A stretch of DNA of 64,000 bases from the human T2T-CHM13v2.0 reference genome, Homo sapiens. The notes below the pieces were generated by a model that saw only the letters and a program-made list of their open reading frames with translations, was not told the DNA's origin and ran no database searches. The position numbers and the translations under genes were made by a program. Each line of letters starts with the position of its first letter. Within the stretch, counting starts at the first letter, position 1. The stretch is from the NCBI RefSeq assembly GCF_009914755.1, contig NC_060948.1; one strand, given 5' to 3'. Of the stretch, positions 16,991 through 36,340 are shown in pieces.

Positions 16991-19094
16991 AGATCCATAT
17001 TTTGTAAATGAAAAACAATTTCAAAGGTACTCTGCTTGGTACAATAATCAAATGTATAAACTGAGGAATGAAACATAACCATGAAACCTACTTATAACTG
17101 CATATGGAAAATACAGAGGATAATTTTTTAAATAACATATTTTGAAAGCCTTAACTAGTAATTTGAAGAGTTGGCATTTGAAAGGCCAGTATGAATATAC
17201 CTTCAAAGCAGCAACACAGGTTCCCCATGAGAAAAAGCAAACTCAGGGAAAATAAAACCACAAAGGTTCAATCTCTTCTGACCTTTGAAAGACACAGCAC
17301 AGACAGTGGTCCTTAGGACGAAGAGCAGGAGACCCCTAATTCCGTCACCATGGCGATAGGGCATAAACATTGCTGGGTGAGGGCACAATCCACATTGTGA
17401 GGTCCAACTGCTGCCAGGAAGACAGGACTGCTTTTACATAGACCGAAAGGTCATTGAAGGCTCAGAGTTTTGTTTCAAGAACTGAATCCCAAGCCCACAC
17501 GTTATTAGGCTGCGCTTCTTAAAACAAGTTATGAGATGGGAAAAAGGGCACCTACAAACATACGTATACATTATGTATATAATAATATACAGTATCATAT
17601 ATATAATATATATAACCCATGTATAATATTGTTTTACATCCTGCATCTTATATTATATATATTGTATAAAATATAATAATTGATAATATATAAGTTTTAT
17701 ATTTATACAATATGACATATAGTATATATTATAATTTATGACATATATAATATATGTTATATATCATATATAGAATATATTATACGGTTAATATACGTAT
17801 TAAATATAAATTATACATTATATATATTATATATAATATATCTGTTATATATAATACCCATTATGCATAATATATATATTATGTCTATGTTATATATAGT
17901 ATAAAACAACACATAATAATATATAATTGTATATATAAAATGCGACATATAATATATATTATATTTTATGACATATGTAATATATATTATATATTATATA
18001 TAATACTTTGTATGTATAATACCTATATTAAATATATATTATATTACTATGTTATTAATTACATGTCACATATGTTATATATTATATATTTTACATAGAA
18101 TATACCGGTTACATACAATATATACTATGTTACCTATAATGTATAATTTATTACATGTAAAATAATGAATGCAATATATTATGTATAATTTAAAATATAC
18201 AATATGTGGAATGTGATATATATAACATATAATATATGATAGAGGACATACAGTATATGATATATAACATACAATATATGATATCTAATATATATGGTAT
18301 ACAATATATATTTTATGATATGTATTCTATATGTTTTATATTCTGTTATATATAACTATTTGAAATTATATATAACTGTATAATATTTTATGTAAATATG
18401 TAATATAATATATATAACTATATAATATATTATATATAACTATATATTATGTTATATATACTTTTATAACATAATTTACTTAAAATATCATAATATAATA
18501 TATACTATATTATTTCATATTACATAATATATATTACATATCACCCAATATAAGTAACATACATAAGATTATAATATAGATTATATTATGTTACATTAAA
18601 TATCATATATATCATGTATCATATATTCTATAATATATATATACATTATATAATATGTATGTTGTCTATTATGTGATATATATAACTATAAATATAATTA
18701 TATTATTATACATATAACTAGATAAACATGTAATTCTACATATTTTCATTTATAATATATAGAATTATATAATCATATATAATTATTTATATTCTATAAA
18801 AAATTATATCATTATATAAATTATAATATATAAAAATTATAATATGTACTACAAACAGATATATTATATATCATATATGATATAGTACCTTTGTTATATA
18901 TCATATTACATATAAATGTGTATTATGTCATCTATAATTATATAATTTCATATATAAGTTGTATAATATGTATTATATATTTTATATGTTATGTAATATA
19001 TATTGTATATGTAAGATGACACAGGATAAATATTATATACTATGACATATAAAATATATGAGGTTATATGTTACATATAAGGCATAGCACATAA

Positions 19095-19409
<315 letters not shown>

Positions 19410-21511
19410 AGATCCATATTTTTTAAATGAAAAAAAATTTCAAAGGTACTCTGCTTGGTACAATAATCAAATGTATAAACTGAGGAATAAAACATAACCA
19501 TGAAACCTACTTATAACTGCATATGGAAAATACAGAGGATAATTTTTTAAATAACATATTTTGAAAGCCTTAACTAGTAATTTGAAGAGTTGGCATTTGA
19601 AAGGCCAGTATGAATATACCTTCAAAGCAGCAACACAGGTTCCCCATGAGAAAAAGCAAACTCAGGGAAAATAAAACCACAAAGGTTCAATCTCTTCTGA
19701 CCTTTGAAAGACACAGCACAGACAGTGGTCCTTAGGACGAAGAGCAGGAGAACCCTAATTCCGTCACCATGGCGATAGGGCATAAGCATTGCTGGGTGAG
19801 GGCACAATCCACATTGTGAGGTCCAACTGCTGCCAGGAAGACAGGAGTGCTATTACATACACCGAAAGGTCATTGAAGGCTCAGAGTTTTGTTTCAAGAA
19901 CTGAATCCCAAGCCCACACGTTATTAGGCTGCGCTTCTTAAAACAAGTTATGAGATGGGAAAAAGGGCAACCACAAACATATGTATACATTATGTATATA
20001 ATAATATACAGTATCATATATATAATATATATAACCTATGTATAATATTGTTTTACATCCTGCATCTTATATTATATATATTGTATAAAATATAATAATT
20101 GATAATATATGTTTCATATTTATACAATATGACATATAGATATATTATAATTTATGACATATATAATATATGTTATATATCATATATAGAATATATTATA
20201 CGGTTAATATACGTATTAAATATAAATTATATATTATATATATTATATATAATATATCTGTTATATATAATACCCATTATGCATAATATATATATTATGT
20301 CTATGTTATATATAGTATAAAACAACATATAATAATATATAATTGTATATATAAAATGCGACATATAATATATATTATATTTTATGACATATGTAATATA
20401 TGTTATATATTATATATAATACGTTGTAGGTATAATACCTATATTAAATATATATTATATGACTATGTTATTAATTACATGTCACATATGTTATATAGTA
20501 TATATTTTGCATAGAATATACCGGTTACATACAATATACACTATGTTACCTATAATGAATAATTTATTACATGTAAAATAAAGAATGCAATATATGATGT
20601 ATAATTTATAATATACAATATGTGGAATGTGATATATATAACATATAATATATGATATATGATATACAGTATATGATATATAACATACAATATATGATTC
20701 CTAATATATATGGTATACAATATATATTTTATGATATGTATTCTCTATGTTTTATATTCTGTTATATATAACTATTTGAAATTATATATAACTGTATAAT
20801 ATTTTATGTAAATATGTAATATAATATATATAACTATATAATATATTATATATAACTATATATTATGTTATATATACTTTTATAAAATAAATTACATAAA
20901 ATATCATAATATAATATATAATATATTATTTCATATTACATAATATATATTACATATCACCCAATATAAGAAACATACATAATATTATAATATAGATTAT
21001 ATTATGTTATATTAAATATCATATATATCATGTGTCATATATTCCATAATATATTTTATACATTACATAATATGTATGTTGTCTATTATGTGATATATAT
21101 AACTATATATATAATTATATTATTATACATATAACTAGATAAACATGTAATTCTACATATTTTCATTTTTAATATATAGAATTATATAATCATATATAAT
21201 TATTTATATTCTATAAAAAATTATATCATTATATAAATTATAATATATAAAAATTATAATATATACTACAAATATATATATTATATATCATATATGATAT
21301 AGTACCTTTGTTATATATCATAATACATATAAATGTGTATTATGTCATCTATAATTATATAATTTCATATATAAGATGTATAATATGTATTATATATTAT
21401 ATATGATATGTAATATATATAGTATATATAAGATGACACAGGATAAATATTATATACTATGACATATAAAATATATGAGGTTATATGTTACATATAAGGC
21501 ATAGCACATAA

Positions 21512-21826
<315 letters not shown>

Positions 21827-23954
21827 CGATCCATATTTTTTAAATGAAAAAAAATTTCAAAGGTACTCTGCTTGGTACAATAATCAAATGTATAAACTGA
21901 GGAATAAAACATAACCATGAAACCTACTTATAACTGCATATGGAAAATACAGAGGATAATTTTTTAAATAACATATTTTGAAAGCCTTAACTAGTAATTT
22001 GAAGAGTTGGCATTTGAAAGGCCAGTATGAATATACCTTCAAAGCAGCAACACAGGTTCCCCATGAGAAAAAGCAAACTCAGGGAAAATAAAACCACAAA
22101 GGTTCAATCTCTTCTGACCTTTGAAAGACACAGCACAGACAGTCGTCCTTAGGACGAAGAGCAGGAGACCCCTAATTCCGTCACCATGGCGATAGGGCAT
22201 AAGCATTGCTGGGTGAGGGCACAATCCACATTGTGAGGTCCAACTGCTGCCAGGAAGACAGGAGTGCTTTTACATAGACCGAAAGGTCATTGAAGGCTCA
22301 GAGTTTTGTTTCAAGAACTGAATCCCAAGCCCTCACGTTATTAGGCTGCGCTTCTTAAAACAAGTTATGAGATGGGAAAAAGGGCACCCACAAACATACG
22401 TATACATTATGTATATAATAATATACAGTATCATATATATAATATATATAACCTATGTATAATATTGTTTTACATCCTGCATCTTATATTATATATATTG
22501 TATAAAATATAATAATTGATAATATATAAGTTTTATATTTATACAATATGACATATAGTATATATTATAATTTATGACATATATAATATATGTTATATAT
22601 TATATATAGAATATATTATACGGTTAATATACGTATTAAATATAAATTATACATTATATATATTATATATAATATATCTGTTATATATAATACACATTAT
22701 GCATAATATATATATTATGTCTATGTTATATATAGTGTAAAACAACATATAATAATATATAATTGTATATATAAAATGCGACATGTAATATATATTATAT
22801 TTTATGACATATGTAATATATATTATATATTATATATAATACGTTGTATGTATAATACCTATATTAAATATATATTATATGACTATGTTATTAATTACAT
22901 GTCACATGTGTTATATAGTATATATTTTGCATAGAATATACCGGTTACATACAATATATACTATGTTACCTATAATGTATAATTTATTACATGTAAAATA
23001 AAGAATGCAATATATTATGTATAATTTATAATATACAATATGTGGAATGTGATATATATAACATATAATATATGATATATGATATACAGTATATGATATA
23101 TAACATACAATATATGATACATAATATATATGGTATACAATATATATTTTATGATATGTATTCTATATGTTTTATATTCTGTTATACATAACTATTTAAA
23201 ATTATATATAACTGTATAATATTTTATGTAAATATGTAATATAATATATATAACTATATAATGTATTATATATAACTATATATTATGTTATATATACTTT
23301 TATAAAATAAATTACATAAAATATCATAATATAATATATATTATATTATTTCATATTACTTAAGATATATTACATATCACCCAATATAAGTAACATACAT
23401 AATATTATAATATAGATTATATTATGTTATATTAAATATCATATATATCATGTATCATATATTCCATAATATATTTTATACATTATATAATATGTATGTT
23501 GTCTATTATGTGATATATATAACTATATATATAATTATATTATTATACATATAACTAGATAAACATGTAATTCTACATATTTTCATTTATAATATATAGA
23601 ATTATATAATCATATATAATTATTTATATTCTATAAAAAATTATATCATTATATAAATTATAATATATAAAAATTATAATATATACTACAAATATATATA
23701 TTATATATCATATATGATATAGTACCTTTGTTATATATCATAATACATATAAATGTGTATTATGTTATCTATAATTATATAATTTCATATATAAGATATA
23801 TAATATGTATTATATATTATATATGATATGTAATATATATAGTATACATAAGATGACACAGGATAAATATTATATACTATGACATATAAAATATATGAGG
23901 TTATATGTTACATATGAGGCATAGCACATAACATGTAACATATATCATCTATAA

Positions 23955-24246
<292 letters not shown>

Positions 24247-26351
24247 AGATCCATATTTTTTAAATGAAAAAAAATTTCAAAGGTTCTCTGCTTGGTACAA
24301 TAATCAAATGTATAAACTGAGGAATAAAACATAACCATGAAACCTACTTATAACTGCATATGGAAAATACAGAGGGTAATTTTTTAAATAACATATTTTG
24401 AAAGCCTTAACTAGTAATTTGAAGGGTTGGCATTTGAAAGGCCAGTATGAATATACCTTCAAAGCAGCAACACAGGTTCCCCATGAGAAAAAGCAAACTC
24501 AGGGAAAATAAAACCACAAAGGTTCAATCTCTTCTGACCTTTGAAAGACACAGCACAGACAGTGGTCCTTAGGACGAAGAGCAGGAGACCCCTAATTCCG
24601 TCACCATGGCGATAGGGCATAAGCATTGCTGGGTGAGGGCACAATCCACATTGTGAGGTCCAACTGCTGCCAGGAAGACAGGAGTGCTTTTACATAGACC
24701 GAAAGGTCATTGAAGGCTCAGAGTTTTGTTTCAAGAACTGAATCCCAAGCCCACACGTTATTAGGCTGCGCTTCTTAAAACAAGTTATGAGATGGGAAAA
24801 AGGGCACCCACAAACATACGTATACATTATGTATATAATAATATACAGTATCATATATATAATATATATAACCGATGTATAATATTGTTTTACATCCTGC
24901 ATCTTATATTATATATATTGTATAAAATATAATAATTGATAATATATAAGTTTTATATTTATACAATATGACATATAGTATATATTATAATTTATGACAT
25001 ATATAATATATGTTATATATCATATATAGAATATATTATACGGTTAATATACGTATTAAATATAAATTATACATTATATATATTATATATAATATATCTG
25101 TTATATATAATACCCATTATGCATAATATATATATTATGTCTATGTTATATATAGTGTAAAACAACATATAATAATATATAATTGTATATATAAAATGCG
25201 ACATGTAATATATATTATATTTTATGACATATGTAATATATATTATATATTATATATAATACGTTGTATGTATAATACCTATATTAAATATATATTATAT
25301 GACTATGTTATTAATTACATGTCACATGTGTTATATAGTATATATTTTGAATAGAATATACCGGTTACATACAATATATACTATGTTACCTATAATGTAT
25401 AATTTATTACATGTAAAATAAAGAATGCAATATATTATGTATAATTTATAATATACAATATGTGGAATGTGATATATATAACATATAATATATGATATAT
25501 GATATACAGTATATGATATATAACATACAATATATGATACCTAATATATATGGTGTACAATATATATTTTATGATATGTATTCTCTATGTTTTATATTCT
25601 GTTATATATAACTATTTAAAATTATATATAAATGTATAATATTTTATGTAAATATGTAATATAATATATATAACTATATAATGTATTATCTATAACTATA
25701 TATTATGTTATATATACTTTTATAAAATAAATTACATAAAATATCATAATATAATATATATTATATTATTTCATATTACTTAAGATATATTACATATCAC
25801 CCAATATAAGTAACATACATAATATTATAATATAGATTATATTATGTTATATTAAATATCATATATATCATGTATCATATATTCCATAATATATTTTATA
25901 CATTATATAATATGTATGTTGTCAATTATGTGATATATATAACTTTATATATAATTATATTATTATACATATAACTAGATAAACATGTAATTCTACATAT
26001 TTTCATTTATAATATATAGAATTATATAATCATATATAATTATTTATATTCTATAAAAAATTATATCATTATATAAATTATAATATATAAAAATTATAAT
26101 ATATACTACAAATATATATATTATATATCATATATTATATAGTACCTTTGTTATATATCATAATACATATAAATGTGTATTATGTTATCTATAATTATAT
26201 AATTTCATATATAAGATGTATAATATGTATTATATATTATATATGATATGTAATATATATAGTATGTATAAGATGACACAGGATAAATATTATATACTAT
26301 GACATATAAAATATATGAGGTTATATGTTACATATAAGGCATAGCACATAA

Positions 26352-26667
<316 letters not shown>

Positions 26668-28772
26668 AGATCCATATTTTTTAAATGAAAAAAAGTTTCA
26701 AAGGTACTCTGCTTGGTACAATAATCAAATGTATAAACTGAGGAATAAAACATAAGCATGAAACCTACTTATAACAGCATATGGAAAATACAGAGGATAA
26801 TTTTTTAAATAACATATTTTGAAAGCCTTAACTAGTAATTTGAAGAGTTGGCGTTTGAAAGGCCAGTATGAATATACCTTCAAAGCAGCAACACAGGTTC
26901 CCCATGAGAAAAAGCAAACTCAGGGAAAATAAAACCACAAAGGTTCAATCTCTTCTGACCTTGGAAAGACACAGCACAGACAGTGGTCCTTAGGACGAAG
27001 AGCAGGAGACCCCTAATTCCGTCACCATGGCGATAGGGCATAAACATTGCTGGGTGAGGGCACAATCCACATTGTGAGGTCCAACTGCTGCCAGGAAGAC
27101 AGGAGTGCTTTTACATAGACCGAAAGGTCATTGAAGGCTCAGAGTTTTGTTTCAAGCACTGAATCCCAAGCCCACACGTTATTAGGCTGCGCTTCTTAAA
27201 ACAAGTTATGAGATGGGAAAAAGGGCACCCACAAACATACGTATACATTATGTATATAATAATATACAGTATCATATATATAATGTATATAACCTATGTA
27301 TAATATTGTTTTACATCCTGCATCTTATATTATATATATTGTATAAAATAAAATAATTGATAATATATATGTTTTATATTTATACAATATGACATATAGT
27401 ATATATTATAATTTATGACATATATTATATATGTTATATATCATATATGGAATATATTATACGGTTAATATTCGTATGAAATATAAATTATACATTATAT
27501 ATATTATATATAATATATCTGTTATATATAATACGCATTATGCATAATATATATATTATGTCTATGTTATATATAGTATAAAACAACATATAATAATATA
27601 TAATTGTATATATAAAATGCGACATATAATATATATTATATTTTATGACATATGTAATATATATTATATATTATATATAATACGTTGTATGTATAATACC
27701 TATATTAAATATATATTATATGACTATGTTATTAATTACATGTCACATATGTTATATATTATATATTTTACATAGAATATGCCGGTTACATACAATATAT
27801 ACTATGTTACCCATAATGAATAATTTATTACATGTAAAATAAAGAATGCAATATATTATGTATAATTTATAATATACAATATGTGGAATGTGATACATAT
27901 AACATATAATATATGATATATGATATACAGTATATGATATATAACATACAATATATGATACCTAATATATATGGAATATAATATATATTTTATGATATGT
28001 ATCCTATATGTTTTATATTCTGTTATATATAACTATTTGAAATTATATATAACTGTGTAATATTTTATGTAAATATGTAATATAATATATACAACTATAT
28101 AATATATTATATATAACTATATATTATGTTATATATACTTTTATAACATAATTTACATAAAATATCATAATAAAATATATGTTATATTATTTCACATTAC
28201 GTAATGTATATTACATATCACCCAATATAAGTAACATACATAATATTATAATATAGATTATATTATGTTATATTAAATCTCATATATATCATGTATCATA
28301 TATTCTATAATATATATTATACATTATATAATATGTATGTTGTCTATTATGTGAGATATATAACTGTATATATAATTATATTATTATACATATAACTAGA
28401 TAAACATGTAATTCTACATATTTTCCTTTATAATATATAGAATTATATAATCATATATAATTATTTATATTCTATAAAAAATTATATCATTATATAAATT
28501 ATAATATTTAAAAACTATAATATGTACTACAAATATATATGTTATATATCATATATGATATAGTACCTTTGTTATATATCATAATACATATAAATGTGTA
28601 TTATGTTATCTATAATTATATAATTTCATTTATAAGATGTATAATATGTATTATATATTATATACGTTATGTAATATATATAGTATATTTAACCTGACAC
28701 AGGATAAATATTATATACTATGACATATAAAATATATGAGGTTATATGTTACATATAAGGCATAGCATATAA

Positions 28773-29088
<316 letters not shown>

Positions 29089-31193
29089 AGATCCATATTT
29101 TTTAAATGAAAAAAAATTTCAAAGGTACTCTGCTTGGTACAATAATCAAATGTATAAACTGAGGAATAAAACATAACCATGAAACCTACTTATGACAGCA
29201 TATGGAAAATGTAGAGGATAATTTTTTAAATAACATATTTTGAAAGCCTTACCTAGTAATTTGAAGAGTTGGCATTTGAAAGGCCAGTATGAATATACCT
29301 TCAAAGCAGCAACACAGGTTCCCCATGAGAAAAAGCAAACTCAGGGAAAATAAAACCACAAAGGTTCAATCTCTTCTGACCTTTGAAAGACACAGCACAG
29401 ACAGTGGTCCTTAGGACGAAGAGCAGGAGACCCCTAATTCCGTCACCATGGCGATAGGGCATAAACATTGCTGGGTGAGGGCACAATCCACATTGTGAGG
29501 TCCAACTGCTGCCAGGAAGACAGGAGTGCTTTTACATAGACCGAAAGGTCATTGAAGGCTCAGAGTTTTGTTTCAAGCACTGAATCCCAAGCCCACACGT
29601 TATTAGGCTGCGCTTCTTAAAACAAGTTATGAGATGGGAAAAAGGGCACCCACAAATATACGTATATATTATGTATATAATAATATACAGTATCATATAT
29701 ATAATATATATAACTTATGTATAATATTGTTTTACATCCTGCATCTTCTGTTATATATATTGTATAAAATATAATAATTGATAATATATAAATTTTATAT
29801 ATATACAATATGACATATAGTATATATTATAATTTATGACATATATAATATATGTTATGTATCATATATAGAATATATTATACGGTTAATATACGTATTA
29901 AATATAAATTATACATTATATATATTATATATAATATATCTGTCATATATAATACCCATTATGCATAATATATATATTATGTCTATGTTATATATAGTAT
30001 AAAACAACACATAATAATATACAATTGTATATATAAAATGCGACATATAATATATATTATATTTTATGACATATGTAATATATATTATATATTATATATA
30101 ATACGTTGTAGGTATAATTCCTATATTAAATATATATTATAGGACTATGTTATTAATTACATGTCACATATGTTATATATTATATATTTTACATAGAATA
30201 TACCGGTTACATACAATATATACTATGTTACCTATAATGTATAATTTATTACATGTAAAATAAAGATTGCAATATATTATGTATAATTTATAGTATACAA
30301 TATGTGGATTGTGATATATATAACATATAATATATGATATATGATATACAGTATATGATATATAACATACAATATATGATACCTAATATATATGGTATAC
30401 AATATATATTTTATGATATGTATTCTCTATGTTTTATATTCTGTTATATATAACTATTTGAAATTATATATAACTGTATAATATTTTATGTAAATATGTA
30501 ATATAATATATATAACTATATAATATATTATATATAACTATATATTATGTTATATATAGTTTTATAACATAATTTACATAAAATATCATAATATAATATA
30601 TATTATATTATTTCATATTACATAATATATATTACATATCACCCAATATAAGTAACATACATAATATTATAATATAGATTATATTATGTTATATTAAATA
30701 TCATATATATCATGTATCATATATTCTATAATATATATTACACATTATATAATATGTATGTTGTCTATTATGTGATATATAGAACTATATATATAATTAT
30801 ATTATTATACATATAACTACATAAACATGTAATTCTACATATTTTCATTTATAATATATAGAATTATATAATCATATATAATTATTTATATTCTATAAAA
30901 AATTATATCATTATATAAATTATAATATATAAAAATTATAATATGTTTTACAAATATATATATTATATATCATATATGATATAGTACCTTTGTTATATAT
31001 CATAATACATATAAATGTGTATTATGTTATCTATAATTATATAAATTCATATATAAGATGTATAATATGTATCATATATTATATATGTTATGTAATATAT
31101 ATAGTATATATAAGCTGACACAGGATAAATATTATATACTATGACATATAAAATATATGAGGTTATATGTTACATATAAGGCATAGCACATAA

Positions 31194-31508
<315 letters not shown>

Positions 31509-33613
31509 AGATCCATATTTTTTAAATGAAAAAAAATTTCAAAGGTACTCTGCTTGGTACAATAATCAAATGTATAAACTGAGGAATAAAACATAACCAT
31601 GAAACCTACTTATAACTGCATGTGGAAAATACAGAGGATAATTTTTTAAATAACATATTTTGAAAGCCTTAACTAGTAATTTGAAGAGTTGGCATTTGAA
31701 AGGCCAGTATGAATATACCTTCAAAGCAGCAACACAGGTTCCCCATGAGGAAAAGCAAACTCAGGGAAAATAAAACCACAAAGGTTCAATCTCTTCTGAC
31801 CTTTGAAAGACACAGCACAGACAGTGGTCCTTAGGACGAAGAGCAGGAGACCCCTAATTCCGTCACCATGGCGATAGGGCATAAACATTGCTGGGTGAGG
31901 GCACAATCCACATTGTGAGGTCCAACTGCTGCCAGGAAGACAGGACTGCTTTTACATAGACCGAAAGGTCATTGAAGGCTCAGAGTTTTGTTTCAAGAAC
32001 TGAATCCCAAGCCCACACGTTATTAGGCTGCGCTTCTTAAAACAGGTTATGAGATGGGAAAAAGGGCACCCACAAACATACGTATACATTATGTATATAA
32101 TAATATACAGTATCATATATATAATATATATAACCTATGTATAATATTGTTTTACATCCTGCATCTTATGTTATATATATTGTATAAAATATAATAATTG
32201 ATAATATATAAGTATTATATTTATACAATATGGCATATAGTATATATTATAATTTATGACATATATAATATATGTTATATATCATATATATAATATATTA
32301 TATGGTTAATATACGTATTAAATATAAATTTTACATTATATATATTATATAAAATATATCTGATATATATAATACCCATTATGCATAATATATATATTAT
32401 GTCTATGTTATATATAGTATAAAACAACACATAATAATATATAATTCTATATATAAAATGCGACATATAATATATATTATATTTTACGACATATGTAATA
32501 TATATTATATATTATATATAATACGTTGTAGGTATAATTCCTATATTAAATATATATTATAGGACTATGTTATTAATTACATGTCACATATGTTATATAT
32601 TATATATTTTACATAGAATATACCGGTTACATACAATATATACTATGTTACCTATAATGTATAATTTATTACATGTAAAATAAAGATTGCAATATATTAT
32701 GTATAATTTATAGTATACAATATGTGGATTGTGATATATATAACATATAATATATGATATATGATATACAGTATATGATATATAACATGCAATATATGAT
32801 ACCTAATATATATGGTATACAGTATATATTTTATGATATGTATTCTATATGTTTTATATTCTGTTATATATAACTATTTGAAATTATATATAACTGTATA
32901 ATATTTTATGTAAATATGTAATATAATATATATAACTATATAATATATTATATATAACTATATATTATGTTATATATAGTTTTATAACATAATTTACATA
33001 AAATATCATAATATAATATATATTATATTATTTCATATTACATAATATATATTACATATCACCCAATACAAGTAACATACATAATATTATAATATAGATT
33101 ATATTATGTTATATTAAATATCATATATATCATGTATCATATATTCTATAATATATATTACACATTATATAATATGTATGTTGTCTATTATGTGATATAT
33201 AGAACTATATATATAATTATATTATTATACATATAACTACATAAACATGTAATTCTAAATATTTTCATTTATAATATATAGAATTATATAATCATATATA
33301 ATTATTTATATTCTATAAAAAATTATATCATTATATAAATTATAATATATAAAAATTATAATATGTACTACAAATATATATATTATATATCATATATGAT
33401 ATAGTACCTTTGTTATATATCATAATACATATAAATGTGTATTATGTTATCTATAATTATATAAATTCATATATAAGATGTATAATATGTATCATATATT
33501 ATATATGTTATGTAATATATATAGTATATATAAGCTGACACAGGATAAATATTATATACTATGACATATAAAATATATGAGGTTATATGTTACATATAAG
33601 GCATAGCACATAA

Positions 33614-33928
<315 letters not shown>

Positions 33929-36025
33929 AGATCCATATTTTTTAAATGAAAAAAAATTTCAAAGGTACTCTGCTTGGTACAATAATCAAATGTATAAACT
34001 GAGGAATAAAACATAACCATGAAACCTACTTATAACTGCATATGGAAAATACAGAGGATAATTTTTTAAATAACATATTTTGAAAGCCTTAACTAGTAAT
34101 TTGAAGAGTTGGTATTTGAAAGGCCAGTATGAATATACCTTCAAAGCAGCAACACAGGTTCCCCATGAGGAAAAGCAAACTCAGGGAAAATAAAACCACA
34201 AAGGTTCAATCTCTTCTGACCTTTGAAAGACACAGCACAGACAGTGGTCCTTAGGACGAAGAGCAGGAGACCCCTAATTCCGTCACCATGGCGATAGGGC
34301 ATAAACATTGCTGGGTGAGGGCACAATCCATATTGTGAGGTCCAACTGCTGCCAGGAAGACAGGAGTGCTTTTACATAGACCGAAAGGTCATTGAAGGCT
34401 CAGAGTTTTGTTTCAAGAACTGAATCCCAAGCCCACACGTTATTAGGCTGCGCTTCTTAAAACAGGTTATGAGATGGGAAAAAGGGCACCCACAAACATA
34501 CGTATACATTATGTATATAATAATATACAGTATCATATATATAATATATATAACCTATGTATAATATTGTTTTACATCCTGCATCTTATGTTATATATAT
34601 TGTATAAAATATAATAATTGATAATATATAAGTATTATATTTATACAATATGGCATATAGTATATATTATAATTTATGACATATATAATATATGTTATAT
34701 ATCATATATAGAATATATTATATGGTTAATATATGTATTAAATATAAATTTTACATTATATATATTATATATAATATATCTGCTATATATAATACCCATT
34801 GTGCATAATATATATATTATGTCTATGTTATATAATATAAAACAACATATAATAATATATAATTGTATATATAAAACGCGACATATAATATATATTATAT
34901 TTTATGACATATGTAATATATATTATATATTATATATAATACGTTGTATGTATAATACCTATATTAAATATAAATTATATGACTATGTTATTAATTACAT
35001 GTCACATATGTTATATATTATATATTTTACATAGAATATACCGGTTACATACAATATATACTATGTTACCTATAATGTATAATTTATTACATGTAAAATA
35101 AAGAATGCAATATATTATGTATAATTTATAATATACAATATGTGGAATGTGATATATATAACATATAATATATGATATATGATATACAGTATATGATATA
35201 TAACATACAATATATGATACCTAATATATATGGTATACAATATATATTTTATGATATGTATTCTATATGTTTTATATTCTGATATATATAACTATTTGAA
35301 ATTATATATAACTGTATAATATTTTATGTAAATATGTAATATAATATATAACTATATAATATATTATATATAACTATATATTATGTTATATATACTTTTA
35401 TAACATAATTTACATAAAATATCATAATATAATATATATTATATTATTTCATATTACATAATATATATTACATATCACCCAATATAAGTAACATACATAA
35501 TATTATAATATAGATTATATTATGTTATATTAAATATCATATATATCATGTATCATATATTCTATAATATATATGATACATTATATAATATGTATGCTGT
35601 CTATTATGTGATATATATAACTATATATAATTATATTATTATACATATTACTAGATAAACGTAATTCTACATATTTTCATTTATAATATATAGAATTATA
35701 TAATCATATATAATTATTTATATTCTATAAAAAATTATATCATTATATAATTTATAATATATAAAAATTATAATATGTACTACAAATATATATATTATAT
35801 ATCATATATGATATAGTACCTTTGGTATATATCATAATACATATAAATGTGTATTATGTTATCTATAATTATATAATTTCATATATAAGATGTATAATAT
35901 GTATTATATATTATATATGTTATGTAATATATATAGTATATATAAGATGACACAGGATAAATATTATATACTATGACATATAAAATATATGAGGTTATAT
36001 GTTACATATAAGGCATAGCACATAA

Positions 36026-36340
<315 letters not shown>

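Noticed and set aside
34618-35034. 138-aa and other I/Y/N-rich ORFs in the AT block
   Set aside because: These are translations of TA-rich low-complexity DNA that appear or vanish with single variants or frameshifts.
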